A stretch of DNA of 64,000 nucleotides. It comes from an uncultured Gemmatimonadales bacterium (lineage in GTDB: Bacteria; Gemmatimonadota; Gemmatimonadetes; Gemmatimonadales; GWC2-71-9). The notes below the pieces were generated by a model. That model was not told where the DNA came from, searched no databases, and saw only the letters and a program-made list of their open reading frames with translations. The translations under genes were made by a program, and so were the position numbers. Location of the stretch: positions 576,001-640,000 of the forward strand of contig CAVZZO010000003.1 in NCBI GenBank assembly GCA_963779755.1, given 5' to 3'. Positions 39,497 to 50,180 of this stretch are shown here, in pieces (position 1 is the first letter of the stretch; each line of letters begins with the position of its first letter).

Positions 39497-40432
39497 TCAG
39501 GCCGGCTCGAGATCGCTGATCCGGCCCACATCCACCGTGACCGACCCGTCCGACGGCTCCAGGATATTGGTGAATCGCGCGTTCCAGCGGATCTCGTGCG
39601 GCTTGTAGGAGCTGCGGGCGTGCACCTGCTGCGAGAGGATTTCGTCCAGCCCGGTCAGCAGCACCAGGAACTCCGCGTCGGCGGCGACCAGGTCGTCGGG
39701 CGACATCTCCCAGAGCGGGCTGGAAGCATCGATAGGGTGAACCACCGTCCAGCTGAGCGGAAAGAACACAACCTTGTGCCGCTCGAGTTGGAGCTCGGCG
39801 AACTGCCGGTTGCCGGCCTGGTCGCGCCGGGTAAACAGCACCCGCGCCTGCAGCTCGATGATCTGGGTATTACGCACATTGGCGATACGGAACTCGAACG
39901 CCTTGCCGCCGCGGTAGGGCGCGATCACTGCATGCCGGCTGAAGCGGATCAGCGCCCGCGGCCGCGCGAACCGCGCAAACACCAGGCCGCTCGCCAGAGC
40001 GAAGACCAGCAGCGTGGTGACGCTTTCGGCGGTAACCAGTGCATTCGCCCAGGGCGTCACCGGATGGATGGAGCCGTAGCCGATGGTGGAGAAGGTCTGG
40101 ACGCTGAAGAAAAAGGCCCGGCCGAACCTCCCCAGCTGCACCAGGCCGGGCCCGGCCAGGGCCGCCGGCCCCGACAGGAGATACAGACCGGCGAAGGCGG
40201 CGTTGATCGCCATATAAACCAGCACGATGAGGCCGACGAACGCCCGCCAGGACATCGTGAGCAACGCGTGGTAGATGTTGAGCGATTCCAGCAGGCCCAG
40301 CCCGCGGCGCCGGACGTTGAAGGAGCCCTCATGGTTCAGCAGGCGCTCCCGGCTCCGCCGGGTGACGGCCGGGCCGAACCCCAGGTCCTGGAACTCGGAA
40401 GGGGGAGCGGGCTGGTTGGAAGGAGCGGTCAT
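39497..40432 (-). CDS. Inward-rectifier potassium channel (KirBac-like)
   Basis: FFFSVQTFSTIGYG filter, FARFARP, WTVVHPID.SSPL. Confidence 0.92.
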   Translation of the reverse strand: MTAPSNQPAPPSEFQDLGFGPAVTRRSRERLLNHEGSFNVRRRGLGLLESLNIYHALLTMSWRAFVGLIVLVYMAINAAFAGLYLLSGPAALAGPGLVQLGRFGRAFFFSVQTFSTIGYGSIHPVTPWANALVTAESVTTLLVFALASGLVFARFARPRALIRFSRHAVIAPYRGGKAFEFRIANVRNTQIIELQARVLFTRRDQAGNRQFAELQLERHKVVFFPLSWTVVHPIDASSPLWEMSPDDLVAADAEFLVLLTGLDEILSQQVHARSSYKPHEIRWNARFTNILEPSDGSVTVDVGRISDLEPA

Positions 40433-40583
40433 CGGCACGCCGGCTGGAGACCGATCCAGTGTAGGAACAACCGGGGGAAAAGGGAACCGGGGGAGGTGCC
40501 GTAAGAGGCAAGGGGTAAGGCGAACCCTCACGCCTTACCCCCTATGTTTTGCGTCTTATCCCTTCCGTGGTTCCCCCGGCAGG

Positions 40584-43500
40584 TCAGAATCCCGGAATGA
40601 GCGCCACCTGCCAGAGCAGCCCCTTGCCGGGGCGGTCGAAGGGGTGCACGGCATCCAGCTCCAGTACGGCGAACCCGAGCAGATTGGCCCGGAGGGCCGC
40701 GCCTGCGCTGTAGACCGGCTTGCGGTCGCCGCCCAGGAACCACGCCTTGTGCTGGCTGTCCCAGGCCACGCCCGCGTCGCCGAAGAAGGCGAGCTCCAGC
40801 GGGAACGCGCCGTAGTACCCGCCGCCCAGGCCCAGCGCGCCGAAGAGGGGAAAGCGCAGCTCCAGGTTGCCGACCATGATGCGGCTGCCCACCAGCCGGT
40901 CGAACACCGGACAGCTCGAGCCCGTGGTGGGGACGCACTCGTTGGCGTTGAACGACCCCACCCGGTATCCACGCACCAGGCCGTCGTAGCCCAGGAACAG
41001 GGGCTGGAGCCGGGGATCCTCGGCATCGGCCCCATAGCGGCCATAGTGGAGAATGCGGCCGGCCAGGGTAAAGGGCCGGGCAATGTAGATGTACTTCCGG
41101 TAGTCGGCCAGCCCGCTGAAGAACTGCAGGCTGCCCAGGAAGGGGGTGGCCTCCAGCCGGTACCGCTGGCCGACCACGGGACTGGTCGCCCCCAGCACGG
41201 CATTATCGTAAACCAGCGCCGCGCTGCCCTCGAAGAGCGTCAGCCCGGCCGGGGTGGGCAGGTTCTGGGTCTGATCGGCGATCAGGTTGCCGGAAAGGGG
41301 ATCGTAGGCGCGGGTCTTCAGCTCTTCGCTGAAGCTGATATTCTCCACCGTCGTGGAGAGCTCCACCCGCTGCACCCGGCTGAAGGGATAGGCCAGGAAC
41401 CCGCCCAGCTGCCGTTCGGTTTGCCGGGCGATCAGCTCCTGCTCGATGTAGTAGGTGGTGGTATCGCCGGGCAGGGTCCCCAGGCCGGCCGCGAAGCCGC
41501 CGGTGCGATACGGCAGCTGCTGCGCCACCACCCCCCAGTTGATGCGATGCCTCAGGTTCTGATATCCCACCAGGGCCGCGATATCCTTGAAGGTCCCGTT
41601 CACCTGCAGCCCGGTCACCAGGTTACGGTTGCCCAGCATATCGCTGAAATAGAGGGCGCTGCCGCCGCCCACGTAGGTACCGAAGCGATCCACCGCCGCG
41701 CCCAGGGTGGGCTGCGCCACATAATCGAGCTGCAGCCCCGGATGATAGGCGTGGGTGTCGAAGCTTTCCACCGGCGGCAGCCCCAGATCGGGATTATGCA
41801 ACAGCGCCAGGAGCGGCTCCTCGTGATGCTGCGCCGGGGGTAGTATCGCGGCGTTCACCGGCAGGGTCACCGGCGGCCGCCCCGCGAGGGTGGCCTGATC
41901 GTCGATGCGGTAGACCTGATAGCCGCCGTGACCGTAGACGCTGTAGAGCATGCTGCCGGTGCCCTGCGCGACCGACATGGCCGGGCTCAGGGCGGTGATG
42001 CCGCTGACCCCGGTATAGAGGTTGGTCACCTGGCTGGTGCTGCCGTCGGCCAGGGTGACCCGGTAGACATCGCTCTTGCCGCCGTGATCGGCGATGAAAT
42101 AGAGGGCCGAGCCGTCGGGCGTCCACCGGGGATTGATGTGCTTCCCGCTGAGCCCGGTGGGAAGGGCGCGGATCTCCCCGCTGGAGGGAGTGAGCAGGCC
42201 GAGCTGATAGGCGCCGGTCTGCAGGTTGTTCAGGTCCGTGGTGAACCGGTCGGTGACGAAGGCCAGGGTGCGGCCGTCGGGCGACCAGGCCGGCTCCAGA
42301 TCGGCGTAGGCGTCGTCGGTGAGCCGCACCAGGCTGTCGGCCTGGAGGTCGTACATGAAGAGATCCAGCAGGCCGCCGGCCTGGCCGCTGAACGCGATAT
42401 ACCGCCCGTCGGGCGACCAGCTGGCGTTGAAGGCCTCGCCCAGCGTCTTGAGCGGGACTTCCCGCGCCACGCGGCCCTGGTTCACATCGTACAGGTCGAG
42501 CACCGGCCGGCCCGCGGAGACGCCGGTAAAGGCGAACTGCGAGCCGTCGGGCGACCAGCTACCCGCCGAGGCGATGAACTCCAGACTCTGGAAGTGGGCA
42601 TCGGTCGCGGTATTGGTAATGCGCCGCTTGACCTCGCCCGTATGGGCATCGGCCAGGTACATGTCGATGGAGAAGAGCCCGCGCGCGGAGAGAAACACCA
42701 CCTGGTTGCCGTCGGGGCTCACCTCGGGCGCCACGTTGAGCCGCTCCGCCTCGTTGCCCGTGCCGGAAATGACGACCGGCCCGTAGCTGTCGGCCGCCCG
42801 GGTGCTGTCATCCACCGGCTGATAGGCCTCCTGGGTGGCCTCCTTCCAGCGCACCGAGAGGGTATCGGTGGACATGTGCAGGATGTCCTGCAGGGCAAAC
42901 CGGACATCGCGCCGCTGTCCGCCTACCCGGAGCAGCTGGGCCACTACCTCGTCGCCGTAGGTACCGCCGATATACGACAGCAGCGCCTGGCCGTAGCGGT
43001 ACGGGAAATAGCGGGAATCGTTGAGCTGGTCGACCGTGGGAAACTTGGTCTTCAGCGCGTCGCGCATCCACATGGCGGTATGCGCGTCACTGGGGCCCAG
43101 TGAGAGGTACTCGGCCATGCCCTCGATGAACCAGAGCGGCAGGTACAGCGCCCCGGGAACCCCGCCGGAGGACAGGGTACCGCCGGTCATGTCGTACTGG
43201 AAGACGTGGACCAGCTCGTGGCCCAGGACGTGGTCGGTCTCGGCCAGGGGGCCCGCCAGGGGGAGTACTACCCGCCCCTTGAGGGCCTCGGTGACGCCGC
43301 CGGTCGCCTCATTCAGCTCGCCCGGAATGGCGTTGGTCTGTTCGAAGGCGGGATGGCTGTCGTAGATGATGACCGGCACCCGCCGGGTGATCTGGTGGCC
43401 GAAGAACCGGGAGAACCGGGCGTACCACCGCTCGGCCATCCGCCCCACGTCGACCGCCGCCTGCCGCTCTTCGGGATAGTAGTAGATGCTGAAATGCTCA

Positions 43501-43625
43501 GTCGACAGCACCTTGAAGTCGAAATCGCGGTACTGGACCTTGTTCTGCCCGAAGTATTGGGCCTGCAGCGGGGCAACGCACAACCCGGCCAGCAGCAACA
43601 GGGCTGCCGGGAGAATCTTCTTCAT
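40584..43625 (-). CDS. Zinc-peptidase + PD40/TolB propeller + Omp85/BamA-type barrel protein
   Basis: QYFGQNKVQY, HELVH and WFIEGMAEY, repeated WSPDG, VRGY, NLELRFP, terminal F. Confidence 0.85.
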   Translation of the reverse strand: MKKILPAALLLLAGLCVAPLQAQYFGQNKVQYRDFDFKVLSTEHFSIYYYPEERQAAVDVGRMAERWYARFSRFFGHQITRRVPVIIYDSHPAFEQTNAIPGELNEATGGVTEALKGRVVLPLAGPLAETDHVLGHELVHVFQYDMTGGTLSSGGVPGALYLPLWFIEGMAEYLSLGPSDAHTAMWMRDALKTKFPTVDQLNDSRYFPYRYGQALLSYIGGTYGDEVVAQLLRVGGQRRDVRFALQDILHMSTDTLSVRWKEATQEAYQPVDDSTRAADSYGPVVISGTGNEAERLNVAPEVSPDGNQVVFLSARGLFSIDMYLADAHTGEVKRRITNTATDAHFQSLEFIASAGSWSPDGSQFAFTGVSAGRPVLDLYDVNQGRVAREVPLKTLGEAFNASWSPDGRYIAFSGQAGGLLDLFMYDLQADSLVRLTDDAYADLEPAWSPDGRTLAFVTDRFTTDLNNLQTGAYQLGLLTPSSGEIRALPTGLSGKHINPRWTPDGSALYFIADHGGKSDVYRVTLADGSTSQVTNLYTGVSGITALSPAMSVAQGTGSMLYSVYGHGGYQVYRIDDQATLAGRPPVTLPVNAAILPPAQHHEEPLLALLHNPDLGLPPVESFDTHAYHPGLQLDYVAQPTLGAAVDRFGTYVGGGSALYFSDMLGNRNLVTGLQVNGTFKDIAALVGYQNLRHRINWGVVAQQLPYRTGGFAAGLGTLPGDTTTYYIEQELIARQTERQLGGFLAYPFSRVQRVELSTTVENISFSEELKTRAYDPLSGNLIADQTQNLPTPAGLTLFEGSAALVYDNAVLGATSPVVGQRYRLEATPFLGSLQFFSGLADYRKYIYIARPFTLAGRILHYGRYGADAEDPRLQPLFLGYDGLVRGYRVGSFNANECVPTTGSSCPVFDRLVGSRIMVGNLELRFPLFGALGLGGGYYGAFPLELAFFGDAGVAWDSQHKAWFLGGDRKPVYSAGAALRANLLGFAVLELDAVHPFDRPGKGLLWQVALIPGF

Positions 43626-43755
43626 GCCTGCGCACATGGTACGTTCCGTCCATCCAGAGTGATCCCGCTTAGTCGGCGTGCCGCGCCGCCGGTGCAACGA
43701 TTTGTATCACCCGAGCGGCTGACACTGGCCCCCGCCCGATGTACGTTCCTGTCTT

Positions 43756-44656
43756 ATGAACAGACTCCTGGGCGGCCATCCCCTGGACACGGGGGGCATC
43801 GACCAGGCCGTCCGGCGGGCCGGACAGGCCGGTATGGCCGCGGTGCAGATCTTTACCGCTATTCCAAAGTACTACGGCGACCGGTCGTCTATCCGCCCGG
43901 AGCGGGTGGAGCGCTTCCAGCGCGCCTTAAGGGAGACGGCTATGGAGCCCCGCCATGTACTGGTGCACGCCGCCTACGTGCTCAATACGGCCTCATCGGA
44001 CCCCGAAAAGGGCGCCCGGGCCCGGGCCGGGCTGGCGAAGGAGGTCGAACGCTCGACCCTGCTCGGGGCGGGCCAGATCTGCTTCCATCCGGGTGCCGCC
44101 ACCGATGGGGACCGCGAGGCGGCGCTGGACCGGGTGGCCGCCGCCATATACCCATGCACTTGAATCCACCCCGGGATCGACCCGTCTGCTGGTGGAAAAT
44201 ACCGCCGGCGCCGGAATGACCATCGGCCGGACGCCGGAGGAGGTGGGGGGCATTCTGTCCCGGGTGCCCGACCACCTGCGGCCCCGTACCGGCTATGGCC
44301 TGGATACCTGCCATCTGTTTGCCGCGGGGCATGACATTCATCGGTCCGCCGACGCGCTCCACGCCGTGCTCGACGCCTTCCAGGACGCCGCCGGTGAGCC
44401 ACCCTCCTTCTTTCACCTTAACGATAGCGAAGGCGGCCTCGGTTCCAACCGGGACCGCCATGCCCTGATCGGGGAGGGGCAGATCGGTAGCGCCCCCTTC
44501 GGCTGGCTGCTGCACGATCCCCGCAGCGCCGGCATCCCGCTCGTGCTGGAGACGCCACAACAGAAGCTGGATATTGCGGCGGAGGACACGACGGCGGACC
44601 CCTACGACCTCAGGATGATGGCGCTCCTCCGGGAGCTGGAAAGCAAGAAGGGCTGA
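43756..44656 (+). pseudogene. nfo: Endonuclease IV, one frameshift near 44149
   Basis: HAAYVLN and FHPG in ORF 43756-44163; ENTAG, LDTCH, HLNDS, DRH, LETP in ORF 43955-44656. Confidence 0.85.
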
Positions 44657-44694
44657 GAACCGAGTCCCTCCCCTCCCCACCGGCATGCCGTCGA

Positions 44695-45516
44695 CTACAG
44701 CCAGATCCGCCGGTATTTCGCCAGGACCATAAAATAGAGCCCATAAGCAGCAAGTCCGAGCCCCACCAGGCCAAGGAGCCAGCGCCCATGGCTCTGGGCA
44801 TGGATGGTGGTGAGCACCTGTTTCCACCCCTCGGCCTTCCCGGGGTCGAACTGCAGCGCGACCTGGATCAGGGAATAGCCGATAGCCCCGGAGACGATCG
44901 CCAGCGCGCCATAGCCCACGCGCCCCAGCCAGACGATGACCCTCCGCTCGACCGAGCTGATATCATGTTTCAGAATGTGCGCAAAGGCCGCCGTGATCAT
45001 CAGCCGCAACTGGAAGATGGCCGAGACGATGATAACGGCGCCGGCAATCCCCACCGCCCAACGTCCCAGGTGCGGGCTCAGGACCTTCGCAGCCAAGTCC
45101 TCGGTGGAGGTTCCTCCTCCGCCTCCCCCGGAACGCAGCGTCAGTTTCACGGCCACCCACCCGAGCAGGACATAGCTCAGGCCGGTTACCCCATACGCGG
45201 CCCGCTCGGCAATCCCCTTGATCCCATTGCCCTTGTTCTCCGGATCGACGAACGCCTGGATTTCCTTCCATAGCGCATAAGCGAAGATCCCGAGGGCCAT
45301 CACCGCCAGAAGGATGCGGCCGAAGGGCTGGTAAAGGATCTTCCGCAGGGCCGTGACCGGCCCGGCGGGGCCGCCGCCCAGCCCGATAACGAAGCGTACA
45401 GCCATGACCCCGATGACCACCGCCACCAGCCCCTTGGCCGCGAGCCCGAAGCGGGTCACGGCGTCGACGTAAGGCTCGACTGCTCGCTCGACCTGTCCCA
45501 CCTCCCGGTCGTTCAT
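44695..45516 (-). CDS. DUF1206 family membrane protein
   Basis: RFGLAAKG, QPFGRILL, GRWLLG.VGLGLAAYG repeat architecture. Confidence 0.8.
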   Translation of the reverse strand: MNDREVGQVERAVEPYVDAVTRFGLAAKGLVAVVIGVMAVRFVIGLGGGPAGPVTALRKILYQPFGRILLAVMALGIFAYALWKEIQAFVDPENKGNGIKGIAERAAYGVTGLSYVLLGWVAVKLTLRSGGGGGGTSTEDLAAKVLSPHLGRWAVGIAGAVIIVSAIFQLRLMITAAFAHILKHDISSVERRVIVWLGRVGYGALAIVSGAIGYSLIQVALQFDPGKAEGWKQVLTTIHAQSHGRWLLGLVGLGLAAYGLYFMVLAKYRRIWL

Positions 45517-45637
45517 GCCTCCACCCTGTTCCGATGATCTGGTGCAACCGACGATCAGACAAGATGTTAGGACCTGATCCCGGCTGTCGGTGAGGCAGGA
45601 TGCGTTGCAGGGCCCGGCGGGAGGAGACGATGGCACC

Positions 45638-46585
45638 TCATGGCGCAGCGAGGCGGTAGAGATCCATGTTCCCCGATACTGCCGTATCCACCGCCGAGGC
45701 GATGAGGTCGCTGCCGTCGGGCGCAAAGGCCAGTTCGGAGATGGCCAGGCCGTAGGTTGGCACGCGAGTAACCTGCCCGTCGGAGCGCCGTATCCGGACC
45801 AGGCCGGAATCGGTCAGGGCGACGATCTCCCGGTCTCCCACCTGGGCGATGGATGGAACCCTCGCTCCCAAATCGAAGAGCGTGGTGAGGCCACCCGTCG
45901 GCTCCCAGACGAACACCCGAGAGTCTCCCGACAGCGTCAGGTAGAGCTTCCCGCCGGCCGGCACACTCTCGATGCCTTGCAGCGCGCCGGGCAGCGAAAC
46001 CGGCGTGAGGCGGCGCGGCCGCACCGTCAGGTCGGCGAGGTAGAGCGCGCTGTCCGCCTGGATCGCCAGCGTGTCTTCATTGAGCCAGGCAGCACGGGCT
46101 ATCCCCTGATGCCGCACGCCATCCGGGGTCATGAAGGGGATGTAGGTGACCTCGGCTGTATCGCGCAGATCCGCCAGCGGCGCTACCATCACGGCCTGAT
46201 AGAACGGCCCCTGTTCGTACCTGCGCTGCCGGGTGAGGACGAACGCGAGCTGGCCGCCGGCCGATACCGCGGGGCGGGAATATCCGTCGGTCACATCGGA
46301 ATCCACCACGGTGGGACAGAGCCAGCGACTGGCCCGGGCGCGCCGGGCGGGCAGCAGGGCGAGGCAGCTGCCGGGATCCGGTCCATAGCTGTACCCGAAG
46401 CTGTACACCAGGAAGGCGCCGCCGGGAGTGAAGCTGACCTGTCCGTCGAAAGCCGGGTTGACCGTGAGCCGGGCGGGTGGTCCCGGGTCCCAGGGCTGAT
46501 CGGTCCCGGGATCGGCCGCGGTGAACGGCTGGGAATGGGAGCAGGCAAGGAGGAGCAGCAACAGGCAGGAGAACAGTCGGCGCAT
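45638..46585 (-). CDS. Lipoprotein with TolB-like beta-propeller
   Basis: LLLLLLAC lipobox; SFTPGG and AFAPDG repeats. Confidence 0.7.
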   Translation of the reverse strand: MRRLFSCLLLLLLACSHSQPFTAADPGTDQPWDPGPPARLTVNPAFDGQVSFTPGGAFLVYSFGYSYGPDPGSCLALLPARRARASRWLCPTVVDSDVTDGYSRPAVSAGGQLAFVLTRQRRYEQGPFYQAVMVAPLADLRDTAEVTYIPFMTPDGVRHQGIARAAWLNEDTLAIQADSALYLADLTVRPRRLTPVSLPGALQGIESVPAGGKLYLTLSGDSRVFVWEPTGGLTTLFDLGARVPSIAQVGDREIVALTDSGLVRIRRSDGQVTRVPTYGLAISELAFAPDGSDLIASAVDTAVSGNMDLYRLAAP

Positions 46586-46862
46586 GGCATCCGGGGTAAA
46601 GGTCGATTCGGCAGACGACTGAGTGCGGAGAGGATGCACAGCCAGCGCCGGGCAGAGGCTTCAGCTGAGGGAATCAGGATTCAGGAGTCAGGAATGAAGG
46701 GGGGGCGCTGAAGCAATCCGCTCTCGCTGGACGTTGTCGCCCTCGGCAACCAGAAGGGCCAAGCCGGGGCTTCAGCCCTTGTAGGCAGAATGACAAACGG
46801 GTGAGCCAGCGCTCACCCGTTTCCCTTTTCCCGCTGCTTTCATTTCTCTCTTCCCTACTCCC

Positions 46863-49400
46863 TCATCCGCACTCGCTGTACCCGCACACATGGCACTTCA
46901 CGCACCCCTCGGCGAACTCGAGTTGCGAGCCGCAATCGGGGCAGGCGCCGGTGAGGACGGGGCCCAGATTGGCCAGCTTGAGCTGCTGGGAGCCCTCGGT
47001 GACCTTGTGCACCACGGCCGTCTCGACCTGCGGGGCGAGCGGGCCGCCGGGCAGCAGCTCCTGCTGAATGCCCTGCTTTTCGGTCATCCATTTCTCGATG
47101 GCGATCCCGACCGCGTCGGGCACCGACAGCACCTTGTTGGCGCCGAGGCCGATGACGCGGTCGGAGCTGATGCCGCGGAGCTGGCGGTAGATCTCCTTCA
47201 TCGGGATGCCCGATCTGAGGGAAAGTGAGATCAGCCGGCCCAGCGCCTCGACATCAGCCATCAACGCTCCGCCCGCCTTGCCCAGGCTCATGAATACTTC
47301 GAACGGCTGCCCGCGGTCGTCTTCGGTGATGGTCACGTACAAAGTGCCGAGCGGTGTCTCGACGCGGCGCGTGGTGCCGCGCAGCGTCTCGGGACGCATG
47401 CGCTTCTGGCGCCGCTGGAGATTCTCGGCTTCGAGATCGTGCACCATTTTCCGCAGGCGCTCGTTCTCCGCCTGCTGCTCGGCCAGCTCGCCCTGGAGAT
47501 CGGCGACGACCTCCTGCACCGCCGCCTGCGCCTGGGCACCGCCCTCGGCCACCACGGCCACGAGATCGCTCCGGGCCTGGGCATGGCCGCCGGCGGTGGC
47601 CTGCTGCTGGACCTTCTTCGCCGTGCTCCCGGTGGAGAGCACCTGCATGTCGCGGCTGCCGTCGCGATAGACGGTGACGCCCTTGCAGCCCAGGTGGTAG
47701 GCCAGGCGGTAGATCTCCTCGACGTATTCCTCGGTGGCCTCGTTGGCGAAGTTGCAGGTCTTGGAGATGGCGCTGTCGCAGTATTCCTGGAACCCGGCCT
47801 GCTGCCGGATGTGCCACTCGGGCCTGATATGGTTGGCGGTCACGAACACCCGCTGCCACCTGGCCGGCACTTCAGGAAATTCGATGGTGCCGGTCTCGGC
47901 GATCTTTCGCATCAGCGCTTCGGAGTACCAGCCCTCGTTCTTCGCGATGGCGACGAAGTCGTCATTGACGTCGGGCATGAGCACGCCGGCCTGGTTGCGC
48001 ATGAAGGCCACCGCGAAGAGGGGCTCGATGCCCGAGCTGCATCCGGCGATGATCGAGATGGTGCCGGTGGGGGCGACGGTGGTGACGTTGCAGTTGCGCA
48101 GCCGCCGCACGGGGCGGATCCGGTTCCCCCCGGCGTCGCGTGCGCAGGTGGCGTCGGGCCCCCAGATGCTCTGCTCCCACTCGGGGAACACGCCGCGCAG
48201 GGTGGCCAGCCGCTCGGACTCGACCTTGCCCTCTTCATCCACGAACTGCTGGATCTTCCGCCCCAGCTCCACGGCTTCGTCGCTGTCGTAGGGGATGCCC
48301 AGCTTCACCAGGACGTCGGCGTAGCCCATGACTCCGAGGCCGATCCGCCGGATGCGGCGGGCCAGATCGGTGATCTCCGGCAGCGGGTAGTTGTTGGCGT
48401 CGATCACGTTCTCCAGAAAATGAGTGGAGAGGTGAATGACCCGGCGCAGCCCGTCCCAGTCCATGGCGCCGTCCCGCACGAAGGCGCCGAGGTTGACCGA
48501 GCCCAGGTTACAGACATCGTAGGACAGCAGGGGCTGCTCGCCGCAGGGATTGGTGGCCTCGTAGGCGCCCAGCTGCGGGACCGGATTGTAGTGATTGGCC
48601 CGGTCAATGAAGAAGACTCCGGGCTCGCCCGTCTTCCAGGCGCCATGAATGATCCGCTCCCACACTTCCCGCGCCCGCAGCTGGCCGGTGACCTTGCCGG
48701 TGGCCGGGTGGATCAGGTCGTACTCCCGGTCCTGTTCCACCGCCTTCATGAACTCGTCGGTGACCGCCACCGAGATATTGAAGTTCGTCACCTTGGTGGT
48801 GTCGTCCTTGCAGGTGATGAACTCCATGATGTCGGGATGGTCCACCCGGAGGATGCCCATATTGGCACCGCGGCGGGTGCCGCCCTGCTTTACCACGTCG
48901 GTGGAGGCGTCGAACAGGGTCATGAACGAGACCGGCCCGGAGGCCACCCCCATGGTGGAGCGGACGATGTCGTTCTTGGGACGCAGCCGGGAGAAGCCGA
49001 ATCCGGTGCCGCCGCCCGACTGGTGCACCAGCGCCATGGCCCGGAGGGTATCGTAGATTCCGCTCTTCCCGTTGGAGAGGCAGTCCTCCACCGGCAGGAC
49101 GAAACAGGCCGACAGCTGCCCCAGCGGCCGCCCGGCATTCATCAGGGTGGGGCTGTTGGGCATGAAATACCGGTTGGCCATCAGCTCATAGAACGCTTCG
49201 GCCAGCTGCTCGACCGCCCCCTCCGAGGCGCCGTAGTTCCGGTCTGCCGCTGCGATGGTGCTCGCGACCCGCCAGAACAGATCCTCCGGTTGCTCCACGG
49301 GCTTGCCCTGGTCGTCCTTGATGAGATAGCGCTTCTCCAACACCGTAACGGCGTTGGCGGAAAGGCGGACGGCGCCCCGCGGGGAGGAGGATTGGGTCAT
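46863..49400 (-). CDS. nrdJ: Adenosylcobalamin-dependent (class II) ribonucleotide reductase
   Basis: PNSPTLMNAG, LSACF, TNPCGEQ, APTGT, TSCPD-like C-terminal domain, CPDC...CHVCGYSEC. Confidence 0.95.
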   Translation of the reverse strand: MTQSSSPRGAVRLSANAVTVLEKRYLIKDDQGKPVEQPEDLFWRVASTIAAADRNYGASEGAVEQLAEAFYELMANRYFMPNSPTLMNAGRPLGQLSACFVLPVEDCLSNGKSGIYDTLRAMALVHQSGGGTGFGFSRLRPKNDIVRSTMGVASGPVSFMTLFDASTDVVKQGGTRRGANMGILRVDHPDIMEFITCKDDTTKVTNFNISVAVTDEFMKAVEQDREYDLIHPATGKVTGQLRAREVWERIIHGAWKTGEPGVFFIDRANHYNPVPQLGAYEATNPCGEQPLLSYDVCNLGSVNLGAFVRDGAMDWDGLRRVIHLSTHFLENVIDANNYPLPEITDLARRIRRIGLGVMGYADVLVKLGIPYDSDEAVELGRKIQQFVDEEGKVESERLATLRGVFPEWEQSIWGPDATCARDAGGNRIRPVRRLRNCNVTTVAPTGTISIIAGCSSGIEPLFAVAFMRNQAGVLMPDVNDDFVAIAKNEGWYSEALMRKIAETGTIEFPEVPARWQRVFVTANHIRPEWHIRQQAGFQEYCDSAISKTCNFANEATEEYVEEIYRLAYHLGCKGVTVYRDGSRDMQVLSTGSTAKKVQQQATAGGHAQARSDLVAVVAEGGAQAQAAVQEVVADLQGELAEQQAENERLRKMVHDLEAENLQRRQKRMRPETLRGTTRRVETPLGTLYVTITEDDRGQPFEVFMSLGKAGGALMADVEALGRLISLSLRSGIPMKEIYRQLRGISSDRVIGLGANKVLSVPDAVGIAIEKWMTEKQGIQQELLPGGPLAPQVETAVVHKVTEGSQQLKLANLGPVLTGACPDCGSQLEFAEGCVKCHVCGYSECG

Positions 49401-49661
49401 GACGGGATCCTGTGGGTGTAAAGCTCGATGATTCGGTCGCGATGCAGCCGGGGGGCGACTGCACCTCCTGCTCAGGCGACGTGCCGCCGGCCAGACAGCA
49501 CGGGAGGACCAAAGTACACCCCACAACGCATCGCTACAACACCAGCGTATTCCGCCGGAATAACGCCAAAATCCGGTATTCACATCACAAATCTGCCTGA
49601 GGGGAAATCTAACGGATTCGTGTGGAAAAAGCGGCCCCGTGCAAGCAATCGCCGATCGCTG

Positions 49662-50180
49662 TCAGGCTTGCCGGAGGCCCGGGCTGGGCAGCCCGTAACG
49701 GCCGGAGCGGTGCTCCTCCGCCCGCTGCACATAATGGCGCCAGGTTTCCTCGATCCGGCGGGTCAGCTCCTCGTCCACCTGCCGCACGATTCGGCCCGGC
49801 ACCCCCATCACCAGCGAGCCGGGCGGCACCCGCATCCCTTCGGGAATGACGGCACCCGCTGCCACGACACTGCCGGTCCCGATTCGCACCCCATTGAGCA
49901 GCACGCTGCCCATGCCGATCAGGCAGTCGTCTTCGATGGTGCACCCATGGATGACCGCCCGATGGCCGATCCCGACCCGGTTGCCGATACTGCAGGGAAC
50001 CCCCTCGTCCACGTGAACGATGGTCCCGTCCTGGATATTGGTATGATCGCCGACGGTGATCCGGTCGATATCGCCGCGCAGCACGGCGGTGTACCAGACG
50101 CTGGCCTGGGCCCCCAGAGTAACCTCACCCAGGACGACGGCGGTGGGGGCGATGAACGCGGTGGGGTGGATGGTAGGCAT
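49662..50180 (-). CDS. Gamma carbonic anhydrase family (hexapeptide repeat) protein
   Basis: LRGD, TNIQDGTIVH, GH.A.IHGC. Confidence 0.92.
   Translation of the reverse strand: MPTIHPTAFIAPTAVVLGEVTLGAQASVWYTAVLRGDIDRITVGDHTNIQDGTIVHVDEGVPCSIGNRVGIGHRAVIHGCTIEDDCLIGMGSVLLNGVRIGTGSVVAAGAVIPEGMRVPPGSLVMGVPGRIVRQVDEELTRRIEETWRHYVQRAEEHRSGRYGLPSPGLRQA

Noticed and set aside
49505..49600. NrdR boxes or cobalamin riboswitch upstream of nrdJ
   Set aside because: Only one weak NrdR-like 16-mer (cgccaaaatccggtat) and no B12-box; not supportable by eye
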